The notes under the pieces were generated by a model that did no database searches, was not told where the DNA came from, and saw only the letters and a list, made by a program, of their open reading frames with translations. From Cyanophora paradoxa CCMP329 (taxonomy: Eukaryota > Plantae > Glaucophyta): a DNA stretch of 64,000 bases. Both the position numbers and the translations under genes were made by a program. The stretch lies in the NCBI GenBank assembly GCA_004431415.1, contig QPMI01000502.1, positions 124,001 through 188,000 of the forward strand. The letters run 5' to 3'. How positions within the stretch are numbered: the stretch's first letter is position 1; each line of letters opens with the position of its first letter. Shown one piece after another: positions 21,630 through 34,081 of the stretch.

Positions 21630-24600
21630 ATGCCGCCTGGCAGGAGACCGTCCAGCAACTCCCTCGAGCTGCTGGGAGCACATTTGGTAGAGCTCAACAA
21701 CTCCATAGCCACAGCGCGTCGGGAACATGACGCTGACGCACGGCTCCTCCAGGCATTCTCCCGCTCCGCCCGGCTCGTCGCACCGCCGATTCTTGCTGAC
21801 GCCGGCTGCTCCTGCAGAGAGCCATCACCGAGGAGGAGCAGCAGATAGCGCTTCTGCAGCGAGCGCTTTCTAATCCAAACGCCGCTGCGCACAGCGCGCT
21901 GCTTCGAACCCCCGCACACCATGAACGGCCCGGCACGCCAGGAACGGCCCGTTCGCTTGTGGAAGCGTCTCCGTCGGCGACACAACTGGAAGTGCTGATT
22001 GCACGCCTCACAGGAGGGTCCGCCACCGACCCTTTAGCGCTCGCTCGCCGTTTGCAACGACCGTAGCGCTCGCCGCCGTCCGCTCACCCGCTGTCGTCCT
22101 CGCCGTTAGGACCATCTCGCTGTCGTCTCCCGCAAAGATCCGATACGCCGGCGAAGTGTTCACGCGAGCGCGTGCGGCGAGCGGCGCGCCCGGCGATGTG
22201 ATGCAGTCGGAACAAGCGGAGCGGCTTCGGGGACGGCTCGAAACGCTCAACTCTGACTTGGAGCAGCTCCGCGCGGCGCACGAGCGGGAGGTGACGGAAC
22301 TGCTGGCGGTCCTCGGGGAGAAAAAGCAGTGCGCGGCGGACATGCGCCAGCAGCTCGCCGACGTGCTCAACCTCGACGTCGTCAACGCGACGCCGACGCG
22401 CCCGCCGCCCGGCTCCGCGCCGGCGGCCTCGCCGCACCCGTCCCCGTCGCCCTCGCCCTCGCCGACGGGGCGCGGCGAGGCGGCGGACATCGTGCTGAGG
22501 GCGGCGCTGGCGGACGCGGAGGCGGCGCGGCGGGAGGCGGCGGAGGCGAAGCGGGAGGCCGGGGAGCTGCGGGAGCGGCTGGCGGCGGCGGCCGAGGTGG
22601 GGCTCGGGGAGGCGCCGAACCGCGAGAAGGCGGAGAAGACGGCGCGGCAGATCCGCGGCTTCACCGAGGCCCTCGCCGAGAAGCAGCGCACCGTCAAGGA
22701 CCTCCAGGGCAAGGCGAGCCGGCCCCCGCCCCCTCCGTGCGCCCCGCCGCTCACCCCGCCCGCAGCTGGCAGCGGCGGAGGCGGAGCTGCAGGCGGCGCG
22801 GGCGGAGGCGGCGTCGGCGCGGCGGGCGATGCCGGAGGGGCGGCGGGGGCGGCGGCGGAGGCGGTGGAGCTACGCGCGCAGCTCGAGTCGGCGAGGGAGG
22901 AGGCCGCCATCGCCCGCGACGAGGCCGAGCAGAGCCACGTGCGCCCCGGCCCGCCCTCCACGCTCAGCCGTTATGGTCCGAGGCGCCGGCGCGGCCGCAG
23001 AGGGAGCGCGCTGCGCTGCAGGACACGGTCCAGCGGCTCGAGGACGAGCTGGCGCGCCCCGCCCCGCCTCCGCGCCCGCCCGCCGCGCTCTGATCCCCTC
23101 CGCAGTTCCGCGCGCGCGCGAGCCGCGGCGCCGGTGACGGGGCTCCCGTCGACGCGGACGCGGTGCGCGCGTGTCGGGGCGGGGGGGGGGCGCCGGGCTT
23201 GTCCGCGCCGGGCTGAGGCGGGCGCAGTTCGAGCGGATGGAGGAGGACCTGGTGGGGGCGAAGGCGGAGGCGGAGGCGCTGCGGCAGGAGCTGGACCGGA
23301 TCTCGGAGGAGGCCGGGGAGCGGGCGGCGCAGCTGGAGGCGGAGGTCGAGGCGGCGCGGGCCGAGATGGCCGCCCTACAGCGCCGCCTCGCCGAGGCCCA
23401 GGCCCGCGGCGAGACCGAGATGACCGCCGCCCGCGAGGCCCGCCCCCCCGCCCTCCTCTGCCTTCTGGACGCCTGACGCCGGCCCCGCAGACGATCCGCA
23501 TGGCGAAGGAGGCGGCCCAGAAGGCGGTCGCCAACGCGCAGCAGGCGGCCGAGGCGGCGCGCGGCGCGCTCGAGGCGCAGCTCGCCGCCGCCCGCGCCGA
23601 GCTCGAGGCGCTGCGGGGGGCGCAGGGCGCCGCCAGCTCGGTGCGTGGCGCGCCGGGGCCACGCGGGGCGGGGCCGACGCGCGCCCCAGGCCGAGGCGGA
23701 GCGGTGGCGGGGCGAGGTGGAGGCGGCTCGGGAGGAGGCGGCGCGGGCGGCGGCGCTGCTCGCCGACGTCTCCGCGCGGGCGCGACAGGCGCAGGAGGAG
23801 GCGGCGGCGGCCAAGCAGGAGGCGGCGGGGCGCGCGAGGAGGCGGAGCAGGCGCAGGAGGAGGAGCTGCGGTGGCGCGCGCAGGCCGACGCGGCGCGGCG
23901 CGAGGCGGCGGCGGCGCGCAAGGAGGCGGAGGAGGCGCAGCGGGAGGCCGAGGCGGCGCGCAAGGGCGAGCAGGAGGCGCGGGTCGAGGCGGCGCTCCGC
24001 AGCGCCGAGCTCGCCGCCAAGGCCGAAGGCAGCGCCGCCGCCGCCGCCCGCGAGGCCGAGGAGGCGCGCGCAGAGGCGGCCGCGGCGCGCGAGGCGCAGG
24101 CGGCCGCCGAGCAGCGGGCGGCGGAGGCGGAGGAGCGCGCGCGGGCGGCGGAGGAGGCGGCCGACCGCATTGCGGCGGAGGCGGCGGCGGAGGACGGGAG
24201 CGTGCGGACGTAGCGGCGGCGCGGGAGGCGCAGCGGGCGGCCGAGCAGCGGGCGGCGGAGGCGGAAGAGCGCGCGCGCGCAGCGGAGGAGGCGGCTGATC
24301 GGCTGGCGGCGGAGGCGGCCGCCGAGGACGACGAGCGGGCGGAGACGGCGGCAGCAGCGCGGGAGGCGCAGGCGGCGGCGGAGCGGCGGGCGAGAGAGGC
24401 GGAGGAGCGGGGGCGGGCAGTGGAGGCGGCTGCCTCCGAGGCGATCGCGGCGGCCGAGCGACGGGCCGCGGAAGCCGAGGAGCGCGCCCGGGCGGCCGAG
24501 CGGGAGGTGGACGAGTCGAAGGCGGTGGAGGCGGCGCGGGCGGAGGCGGCGGCGGCGCGGGAGGCGCAGGCGGCGGCCGAGCGGCGAGCGTCGGACGCGG

Positions 24601-27583
24601 AGCAGCGGGCGAGGGCGGCGGAGGAGGCGGCGGCGCGGGTGGCGATCCGGGCGCGCTCGGGGCGGCCGAACTCGCCGTCGACGCAGAGCGAGGCGTGCTC
24701 GACGCCGCGCTCGACGCGGGCGCGCTCCGAGGCGGCCGAGCTCGAGGCCGAGGCCGAGCGGCTCCGCGAGGAGGCCGAGCTCGCCCGCGACGAGCTCGAG
24801 CTGGCCCGCGCCGAGCTCGCCGCCGCGCGGGCCGAGGCCGAGGCGGCGCGCGGCGCGCTCGAGGCGGCCGAGGGCGCCGCGAAGAAGTGGATGGGGAGGC
24901 GATGGGCAGGGGGACCGCCTCGAGCAGGTGTCGGCGCGGGAGCGGGCCGCCCAGAAGGAGCTCGGCGCCGCCCGGCAGGAGGCCGAGGCGGCGCGCACCG
25001 AGGCCGCCGTGGCGCGCTCGCAGGCCGCGCACGCGGAGTCCCAGGGCCGCGCCGAGGCGGCCTGCGCCAAGGCCGAGGCCGAGACGGCGCGCGCCGACGC
25101 GCAGGCGGCGCGCGCCGACGCAGAGCGCGAGCGGCGGGCGCGCGAGGCGGCGGAGGCGGAGCTGGCGGCGGTGCGGGCGCGGCGGGAGCGGGAGGCGGCG
25201 GAGGCGGAGGAGGAGGAGGGCGGGGCGCGGGAGGCGCTGGCCGGCGAGCTCGCGTCGGCGGGGGAGGAGGTGGCGGAGCTGCGGGCGGCGCTGGAGGAGG
25301 CGCAGGCCGAGCTGCGGGCCGTGCGCGGGGCCGTGGAGGGCGCCGAGGGCCGCGCCGCCGCCGCCGAGGGCCGGCTCGAGGGCGCCTCGCGGGAGCTCGA
25401 GGGGCGCGCCGCGGAGGCCGCCGCCGTCTCCCGCGACCTCGCCGCCGCCCGCGGGCAGCTCGCCGCCGCCCTCGAGGAGGCCGAGGCGGCCGCCGCCGAG
25501 GCGGGGCGGGCCCGCGTCGAGGCCGCCGCCGCGCGGCGCGAGGCGGAGGCGGCGGCCGACGAGGCGGAGGCGGCGCGCCGGGAGGCGGCGGCGGTGCGCG
25601 CGCAGGCGTCGGCGGCGGAGAGGGCCCTCGGGAAGGCGGAGGCCGACGCGGCGGCGGCCCGGCGGGAGGCGGCGGCGGCGCGGGACGAGGCCGAGGCGGC
25701 CGCGAAGGAGGCGGGGGCGGCCCGGCGCGACATCGCCGCGGCGCGGGCCGACCACGCCGCCGCGCGCTCCGCGGAGGCCGAGGCGGTGCGGGAGCGGGCG
25801 GAGGCCGACGCGGCGGCGGCCCGGCGGGACACGGCGGCGGCGCGGGCGGAGGCGGAGCAGGGCGCGCGAGAGGCGGTGCGGGCGGCGGAGGCGGCGCGGG
25901 CGCGGGCGGAGGCGGAGGCGGCGGCGGCGCGGGAGGAGGCGGCGGCGCAGGTGGCGGCGGCGCGGGACGACGCGCGGGCGGCGCGGGCGGCGGCGGAGGC
26001 GGCACGGCGGGAGGCGCAGGCGGCGCGGGAGGCCGAGGACGCGGCGCGGCGGGCGGCGGCCAGCGCGCAGGCGGCGCGGCGCGGCCCGGGCGAGCTGCAG
26101 GCGGAGCTGGCGGGCGCGCGCGCGGCCGCCGAGGCGGAGGAGCGGCGGGCGGAGGCGGCGGAGGCGGCGCTGGCGGGGGCGCGGGCGGAGGCGGCGCGCC
26201 TCGCGGAGCGGCTTGCGGCGGCCGAGGCGGAGCTGGCGCGCCTCCGGGCCGCCCTCGCCCCCGCCGGCGGCGAGCCCGGCCGCGAGCGGCGGCGCCGGCG
26301 GGGGCGGGGAGGGCGACCGGGCGGCCCTGGAGTCGCTGGGCTTCGAGCTGGCGGCCGCCCGCCGCGAGGCCGCCTCCTCCGCGCGCCAGATCGAGGGCCC
26401 GCCGCGCCCCCCGCCGCCGCCCCCCGCGCGCCTCCTCGTCTGACGCCGCGCAGCCCTGCGGGAGGAGCTCGAGGGGGTGCGCCGCGAGGCCGCCCCGCGG
26501 GCGGCGCCGGCAGCCGGCCCGAGCGCCGCCGACGAGCTCGAGCTGCTGCGGGCCGAGGCCGACATGCTCCGCGCCGAGGCCCGCCCCTCGCGCCCCCGCC
26601 TCTCCCCGCGAGCTGACGGCGCGCAGCTGCGGGCGCTGCGGGCGGCGGGCCAGCGGCCGGCCCCGGTGCAGGTGCAGGCCTGGGCCGAAGCGCGGGGCGT
26701 CCCGCAGGCGGGCCGGGGCCCCAGCCCGACGCCTCCTCCCCGCTGGGCGGCACGCCCGGCTCCCGCGACGCGGTGCGCGCTCCGCTCCGCTCCGCTCCCC
26801 GTGCCGCCTGACGCGGGGCAGGGCCGCGTGGCGCCGCCCTCGACCCCCGTGGGGGACGCCGGCGGGGAGTTCCCGCGGCAGGGCCCCGCCCTCGTGCGCC
26901 TCCTCGCAGCTCGCGTCGCCGAGCTCGAGACGCAGGTTCGAAGCCCGCCCGGCCCCGTTCCCTCCTTCGGCGCTGACGCCGCGCAGCTGAAGAGCATCGC
27001 GCCGATCGCGCACGCGCCGCCGTCGCGCGAGCCGGCGGCCCGCGCGCACTCCATGCCCTCCCACAGGCCCGAGCCGCCCGGCCGCCGGCACCCGGACCCC
27101 AGCCGCGCGCGTCGGTCTCGTCGTCGGCGGCGGGCGCGCCGCCCGGGGAGGGCTCCGGCACGCCCGGGGCGCAGCGGGCGCGCTCGGCGGGAAGGCGGGG
27201 CGGCGCCCGGCGTGGACCTCGCCTCGGTCATCCGCGCCGCGCACCGCGCCTTCCACCGTGCCGGCGGCGGCGCCGCCGCCGCCTCCGCCGTCCTCCACTC
27301 GGGCGGCGCGCCGGCCGCCGGGCGCCGCCCGCGCAGCTCGACGCCCTCGACGCGGTGCTCGCGGGCGGGCCGTCGCCCGGGGGAGCCCCGGGTTCAGCCC
27401 GGCGGCGTCGACGAGCACGGCGGCGGGTCGGCGGCGCGGGGCTCGCTGCTGCGGGCGGCGCTGGCGGCGGAGGGCGGGCCGCCCACCGACCTCCGCGGCG
27501 TCTACCGCGAGGTCCGCGCCCTCGGCCTCCACCCCTCCCGCCCTCCCCGCCCCCGCCGCCCCGCCGCCCCCCTCCGGAGGTGA
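21630..27583 (+). CDS. Very long Ala/Glu/Arg-rich coiled-coil protein (multi-exon, apparent frameshifts)
   Basis: Kilobases of AEAEAARREA-type heptads; exons from MPPGRRPSSNSLELL through ERLRGRLETLNSDLEQL to LAARVAELETQ. Confidence 0.65.
24060..24640 (+). repeat. Coding tandem repeat (~110-120 bp unit, ~4-5 degenerate copies)
   Basis: AAAAREAQ(A/R)AAE(Q/R)RA(A/R)EAEERARAAEEAA recurs at ~24075, 24215, 24350 and 24545. Confidence 0.7.
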
Positions 27584-29953
27584 CCCCCCGCCGCCCCCTG
27601 CTTTTTTCTTTCAAGTCCGCGCCTGTGCGGGCGGCGGGCCCTGAGCGACTGCGCCCAGCCCCTCAGCCAGCGCTGGTTGTGTTGAAGGATTTTTTTCATT
27701 CAAAAAGCGTGCGCGCTATTTCAGTGCAGCCGCTGAGCGGGCGTCGTACGGTAGGCCCTGGGACTCTGGGACCAGAGGAACGGGCGCCGTAGGCTCGTAT
27801 ACAGCTTGCATTATTCAAGTTAGAAAGGAACCTCGAGCTCCCGCGATTCTCTTGATAATAGAAGTTTGAAGGCTTCAGGCTTTACTGATCATGAGTCAGG
27901 CTTCACGTTTCCTCCTATAGCTGCCGCAGTCACGGACTCACGGCGCAGTGCCGCAGTGCAACAATAGCAATTGCACTGCAAGGCCCTTAAGCTTGCCAGT
28001 TGACTTGGGGAGTCGGCCCGGCGGGGGCCCGGCGCCCGGCCGGCCCGGGGCCCGGGGGTCCGGCAGGGGAAGGGCCGGGGCCCGGGATCCCGGAGCCTCC
28101 CCGGCGGGAGGGCCGGGGCCCGGGGCCCCTGCTGCTGCCCGCGCCGCAGTGCCGCCGGCGCTGCGCGGCAGAAACGTTCACACGCACAGGCTGGTTTAAA
28201 GTTGAAAATAAGGCACTGCGGCAGTGCAGCCTGGCAGTGCTGGGCCACTGCTGGCAGAGCCTGGTATGCGCACTATATATAGCTAGCTGTCAACAAATTA
28301 TTAAACGAAAGGACCGGTCCGGCGGCCCATGCGGGCCATGCCATGATCTGATGATTGCTGGTTCAACTTGGCAACCGTTTGAACCTCGCATGCCGCAGTA
28401 CTAGTCACTGAGTGCGGCAGGCTGCGGGCAGCTTCCGGTATCATGCAGCAAACGAAAGGACCGGCCCATGATTGATGGCTGCATACGATCATACGACTCA
28501 TTGATATTTCATCATCATTTCAGCACGAGGGGGTACTTCGCCGCGGCCGATTTGGGAGCGCGCCGCCCAAGCAGGCTGAAGCAGCCTGGGCAAAAGTCCG
28601 AGTCCGTCGGCCTCCGATCCCCGATCCGGGCCGGTCGGTCCGGGACCGGCGTGTGAACTTCGTGTGAACCGGCGCGTGCGCCGCCGGTTCAGTAGAGTGC
28701 ACCATGCAGCGTGCTAGGCACTGCTAGCCGCGTCGCGCGCCTCTATATTTCTTGCAGCTTTGACGACCTGCGCGCGCATCCTTGCTGCACTTGATCATGA
28801 GATAATCGGGCGCACGCGCTTCGAATTCAACGCGCGAGACCGCCAGCGCCCGTGCGCGGGGCATGCGCAGGCCGGTGCCTAGGGCCCGGGCGTCCAAGGC
28901 GCGCGTACGATGCAAGCGGAGGCGCCGGTCATCATCTTCAGTTCCGAGCCTCGATCAGGTGCACGGCCACGGGCGTCCATCGGTGCCGGGCTCCGTGTCT
29001 GCGAGCCCGTTCATGATCAGTTCACTGACCGCGTTCAGGACTCCGGGGCCCGCGAACGTGAATAAAAGCGCCACGTCCCCTGCGTGCATCGGAATCGGTG
29101 CGTACGCGCAACGCCCGCCTAGAGAACGCGCACCTACACGTTTTCCGTGATCATGAATGCACGCCTGACGATCAAATCGCGCAGCGCGACGACGTGCTCC
29201 TTTCACTGCAATGCGCCGAGCTCCGCCGCCGCCTTCGAGACAGACATTTCACCCTTATCCGCGCGCTGCTGGACGCACGCGTCGCCCGGAGCCCCGCGCC
29301 GGCTCCGGATCTCCCCAGGCCCGCCTCCAGTTGCTCCTGGTGCGTGGGCTCGGTGTGCCTTAGTTTTGCCTTGATTTCACTTTTTCCGGAGGCCCGTGTC
29401 TTTTGCAGCTTCTTGTTGCTGCGACGGCGGCGCGCGGTACCGGTCGACGTCGTCTTGTGGATGCTCGCATCTGCGAGCACGTGGTGGCGCAGATTCAGGA
29501 TGCAGACCGACCAGGAACGAATTCGAACCAGCTGCCGATCTGGAGCTGTTCGTGCGCCCGCGACCGAGCTCGACGTGCGGCAGCCGCCGGCCGTGGTTCA
29601 GGCGCCGGCCGCAGAAGCCGCGGTACTGGATCTGGACTATCGCACTTTGCATAGACTAGCTATAGCTGTAGGCAGCCCGGGCCCGCTGCGGGGATTCAGC
29701 TGGGAGAGGCGCCGGGGCGTTCGCGGGGCCCGAGATAGCAACCTGCAACTTGAACATCTCTGTGCGTGCAGGAGGCGCTCACGGAGTGCCCCAGCCGCGG
29801 TGCTGTTGACAGCATGTTCCGCTGTTCCGTACCCCGCGCCTCACCCCTACCACGCTGGGGTACCGGGCTAAATCACTTGTTCGTGAGGGAAATCTCGTCG
29901 GTGCGTCTTTCACGTTAGAGCGCAGCAGGGCCCAGCCGACACCGCTCGCAGCG

Positions 29954-31573
29954 ATGGCGTTCGTCAACACCGTTCCCGTCTTCGCCTCGTCCTCGAAGGT
30001 TGCGGTCGATGCCCAGACCTGCTTCCTGAACAACAAGAACAGCCGCAAGGTCGGCGCGTTCGACGGCCTCCGCCGCGTTGCGGGCGCCAAGTTCGAGGCG
30101 GCTGCGGCCCCGGCCTCGTTCTCCGTCTCGGCCTCGGCTGAGCGGTGAGCCATTTGCGCGCAACCGCTTGGTCGGCTCGCCGGTGAACCTTGCGTGCTCA
30201 CTTTACATTTCTTCCGCAGTGAGACCGTTGCCCAGAAGGCGTCGACCTTCGGCCGCGCCCTGGCGGCGTTCGTCGCGGCGGCTGGCATCTCGTTCGCCGG
30301 CGTGTCCCAGGTGATTACCGGCTGGATGGGATGTAGAATAGCGTTTCATCATCAGCCAAAGCTCTCTGAGAACCGGAGCCTGTTGGCCGACGGCGCTGGA
30401 CGAAAAGATCCGGGATGATTGTTGGCCGCCTCTGGCGGCGGATACTCCTAGCGCCGCGCGCCGCCGTCCTCGTTAGCATTCGATGGATTGCTTTGGATGA
30501 TTAGAGTGATTTAGAGGGCCGTTGCTGGTCTTTGTGCGCCGTTCTGACCCGACTTCGCAGGCCAACGCTGAGGGCCTCACCTACGACCAGCTCAACTCGG
30601 CCAACTACCTGAAGCTGAAGGGCACTGGCATCTCCAACACCTGCCCCACCCTCTCCACCTCGGCCCGCGGCAACATCTCCCTCGAGCGCGGCAAGCAGTA
30701 CTACGTCACCGACCTGTGCCTCCAGCCCACCGACATCTCCGTCCAGGCTGAGTCGCTCCAGCGCGTGCGTTCCTTCTTAACAGACCTCAGGCGCCCGGGC
30801 GGTCACTCACGCGCGAGCGCAGGGCAAGGGCGAGGAGTTCCAGCCCACCCGCCTTGTGACCCGCTCCACCTACACCATCGACAAGGTTGAGGGCCCGCTC
30901 TCCGTCGAGGGCGACTCGATCACCTTCGTCGAGAAGGACGGCTTCGACTACCAGGTTCGCCTCGCCGCTTGCGCGTTGGCGCCTTCTCGGCTTATCGTGC
31001 GGTCGCGCGCGCAGGCTCTGACCGTCAAGCTCCCCGGTGGCGAGCTCGTCCCGATGCTCTTCACCGTTAAGGCAAGCGCTCGCGCTCGCTGCAGCCGCGG
31101 CGTCCGTGGCTGACCGGTACCGCCGAGCAGGAGCTCGTGGCCAAGGCCCCGGTCAGCGACGGCGGCATCTCCCCGGCCACCAACCTGAAGGGCACCTTCG
31201 CCGTTCCCTCGTACCGCATGGGCAACTTCCTCGACCCGAAGGGCCGTGGTCTGGCCACCGGCTACGACTTCGCGCACGCGCTCCCGGCCGCGGACCAGGA
31301 GGAGCTCGCCAAGGAGAACGACAAGCAGAACATCACCCGCGAGGGCAACATCTCCCTCCAGGTCGTTCGCGTCGACGGCTCCACCGGTCCGCCCCCGCCC
31401 CGAGCGCTCCCCTTGTTCTTGTTCCTTTCTCACCCTCCTTTACAGGCGAGATCGCTGGCGTCTGGGAGTCGGAGCAGCCCTCGGATGACGACCTCGGCTC
31501 GAAGCAGCCCAAGCCCGTCAAGCTCTCCGGCGTGTGGTACGCCCGCGTCAACGACGGCAACCCCAACCTGTAA
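29954..31573 (+). CDS. psbO: Photosystem II oxygen-evolving enhancer protein 1 with bipartite transit peptide
   Basis: [10 protein letters not shown].. transit peptide, thylakoid signal ending [48 protein letters not shown]|[45 protein letters not shown]. Confidence 0.97.
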
Positions 31574-32233
31574 ATTTTGCAGCGATAGTCTTTTTCTGCC
31601 GGGGTGGACCGCCGTTTTTGTCTAGCTGGCAGTCGCCTTTGGCATAGATTGCGCCGCCCGTGGAGGGCTTCCTTTCTTCGCTGTACAATTTCTTTCGGGG
31701 ATCGATCTCGTTAGCGCCGTTGTTCGGGTGACTTGGTTGGGACACTAGGTCCTGCCTTGCCCAGCGATTGGCCCCTGAGCTGTACTCCTTGAGTTAGTTC
31801 GCTCTTGAAGTACCTTGACAACGGTCGCGGTCGGCATTTTGTGTCGACAACATAATTGCTTTGCCCTGATGTCATTTAATAATGCATGCACTCTGCGTGA
31901 GCCGTCGACGTGCAGTGCTCCTGGGCAGGGTTTTGCTCTTGCCCGAAATTATATAATGAACCGAACCGGTCAAGAATTACGTGCTCAAGCTGGGCCGGAG
32001 TTGAGGTGCCGAGGCCAAGCCTTCAGTTAAGCCCAACAGGCAGATTGGGCACACTGGCTCAACGGCCGCGGAGGAGGCGTGCAGACAACTGTGGGGCGCA
32101 TGCGCAGGCAGGCTTCACAGACCAGGCGATATGCGTTGACAGGACGCGCGACTCGGGTGGCGGATCGGGGCAGCGGGGTTGGCGCCTGGGGCCGGGTGGC
32201 CCCCGGGAGGGCCCGGGCCCCGCGGGCCCCGCC

Positions 32234-33971
32234 CTACTCGGCGAAGAGGGCCTCGACGAAGGCGTCGGGATCGAAGGCCTGCGGGCCCCCCGCGCCTCAG
32301 AGCGCGCCCCGGGGCCGGGGGGGCGGGCGGGGGCGGGCCTGGAGGTCCTCCATGCGCTCGCCGACGCCGATGAACTTGACGGGGATGCCCGTCTGCTGCA
32401 CCACCGAGACCACCACCCCGCCCTTGGCCGTCCCGTCCAGCTGCCCCAGCCCCGCCCCCGCTCAGCGCCCCGCGGCGCCCCCGGCGGGCGGGCCCCGGGG
32501 GGCGGGGCGCGCCTTGGTGACGATGATGCCCGTGGAGCCGGCGACCTCCTTGAACTCCTTCGCCTGGCTCAGCGCGTTCTGCCCCGCCGGCGTCAGCCGG
32601 CCCCGGCCCCGGCCGCGCGCTGGGCCGGGGGCGGGCGGCCTGCCTGGCCCGTCGTCCCGTCGATGACCATGAGGACCTCGTGGGGCGCCCCCTGCCGCAG
32701 CCGCCCGGTCCTCAGCGGTCCCGCCCGCCGCGGGGCGCGGGGCGCGGGGGCGCACGGGGATCTTCATGGCGAGGGTCTGCTTCATCTTGGAGAGCTCCTC
32801 CATGAGCTCGAAGTTGGTGTGCAGGCGCCCCGCCGTGTCCGCGATGAGGACGTCGTACGTGCCGTCCGCCAGCGCCTTCTCGACGGCCGCGAAGAGGACC
32901 TGGGCCGGCTTCTTCGCCGAGGGGATGGCGACGATGTCGGCGCCCACGCGCCCCGCCCACACTTCGAGCTGCTCGTCCGCTGCCGCGCGGAACGTGTCCC
33001 CCGCCGCGAGCAGCACCTGCGAGCAGGCTCAGCCCCCCGGCACGGCGCTGGAGCGTCCAGGGCCCGCTCGGCCACGGCCGCGCGCGCCTTCTTGCCCTCG
33101 CTGACGAACTTGTGCGCGAGCTTGCCGATCGTGGTCGTCTTGCCGGCGCCGTTCACGCCCACGACCATGATCACCGCCGGCTTCTTGTCCGTCGGCAGGT
33201 TCAGCTCCGTCTTGCCGCCTGCTTACGCGCGCGCGCCGCTCAGTCTGCCAGTCGGCAGGCCTCGCGCGCGTACGCAAGGCGGACCCTTCTCCTTCAGGAT
33301 CTTCGCGAGGCTCCCCTTGATGCTCAGCTTGATGTCCGCGCCCTTCAGGATCTTCTTCCCAGACTCCGCGCGCAGGTCGTCCATGATCGCCAGCGTCGTC
33401 CGCAGGCCGAGGTCGCTCGTGACGAGCACCTCCTGCGGGCGGACGGGTCAGCGCCCCCGCCGCATGCGCGCAGACCGGCTGCTGTTCATAGCTATGTGGC
33501 AGCGGGAGTGTATACGCCGGCGAGGCGGCGCCCGCCACGCGGCACGCGCGTGCGCACCTCGATTTCGTCCAGGGTGTTCGTGCCCTCGTCGTACTTGCCC
33601 ATGTTCCGGTCGATGACGTCCTCGATGCGCGTCATCATGTTTGAGCGCGTCTTGGAGAGCCCCTGCAGCCACACTCGTCGGCTCGCACGCGCGCAGCTAG
33701 AAAATCCACGGACCTCGACGAGCCGCCCGAAGAATCCGCCGCGCTGCTCCTCCTGCTGCATCTCCGCTAGGATCGAAGGGCAGAAGGATGCCGCGCGCGC
33801 CGTCCGCTCAGCGGGAGCGGGGCGGAAAGTGCGCCCGCTGAAGAACTGCCGCCGCTCGGCTTGCGGGAGGGCCCGCCGCTCCCCCGCGGCTGAGCTCTCT
33901 GCCTGGGGCTGGCCATTCGGCTGAACCGGAGCCCGGCCGGGCACGCACAGCGGGGCGAGGAAGGCCTGCAT
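32234..33971 (-). CDS. ftsY: Plastid SRP receptor GTPase FtsY
   Basis: Transit peptide MQAFLAP..; [77 protein letters not shown]. Confidence 0.95.
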
Positions 33972-34081
33972 TCTTTGCTTGTGTACCCCAGCGGGCGCGC
34001 ACCTTACTTCTGTTACGCCAGAGCTACGGAGGTACTACCAACGCCAGCGACGGAAGAAACTTAAAGCGTGGCTTGGCGCAA

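Noticed and set aside
22870-27532. 1000-1450 aa ORFs on the minus strand and alternative frames
   Set aside because: Pro/Arg low-complexity shadows of the GC-rich coiled-coil gene; stops are rare at this GC content
29200-29820. Possible small spliced gene divergent from psbO
   Set aside because: Some splice-like signals, but no consistent reading frame could be built
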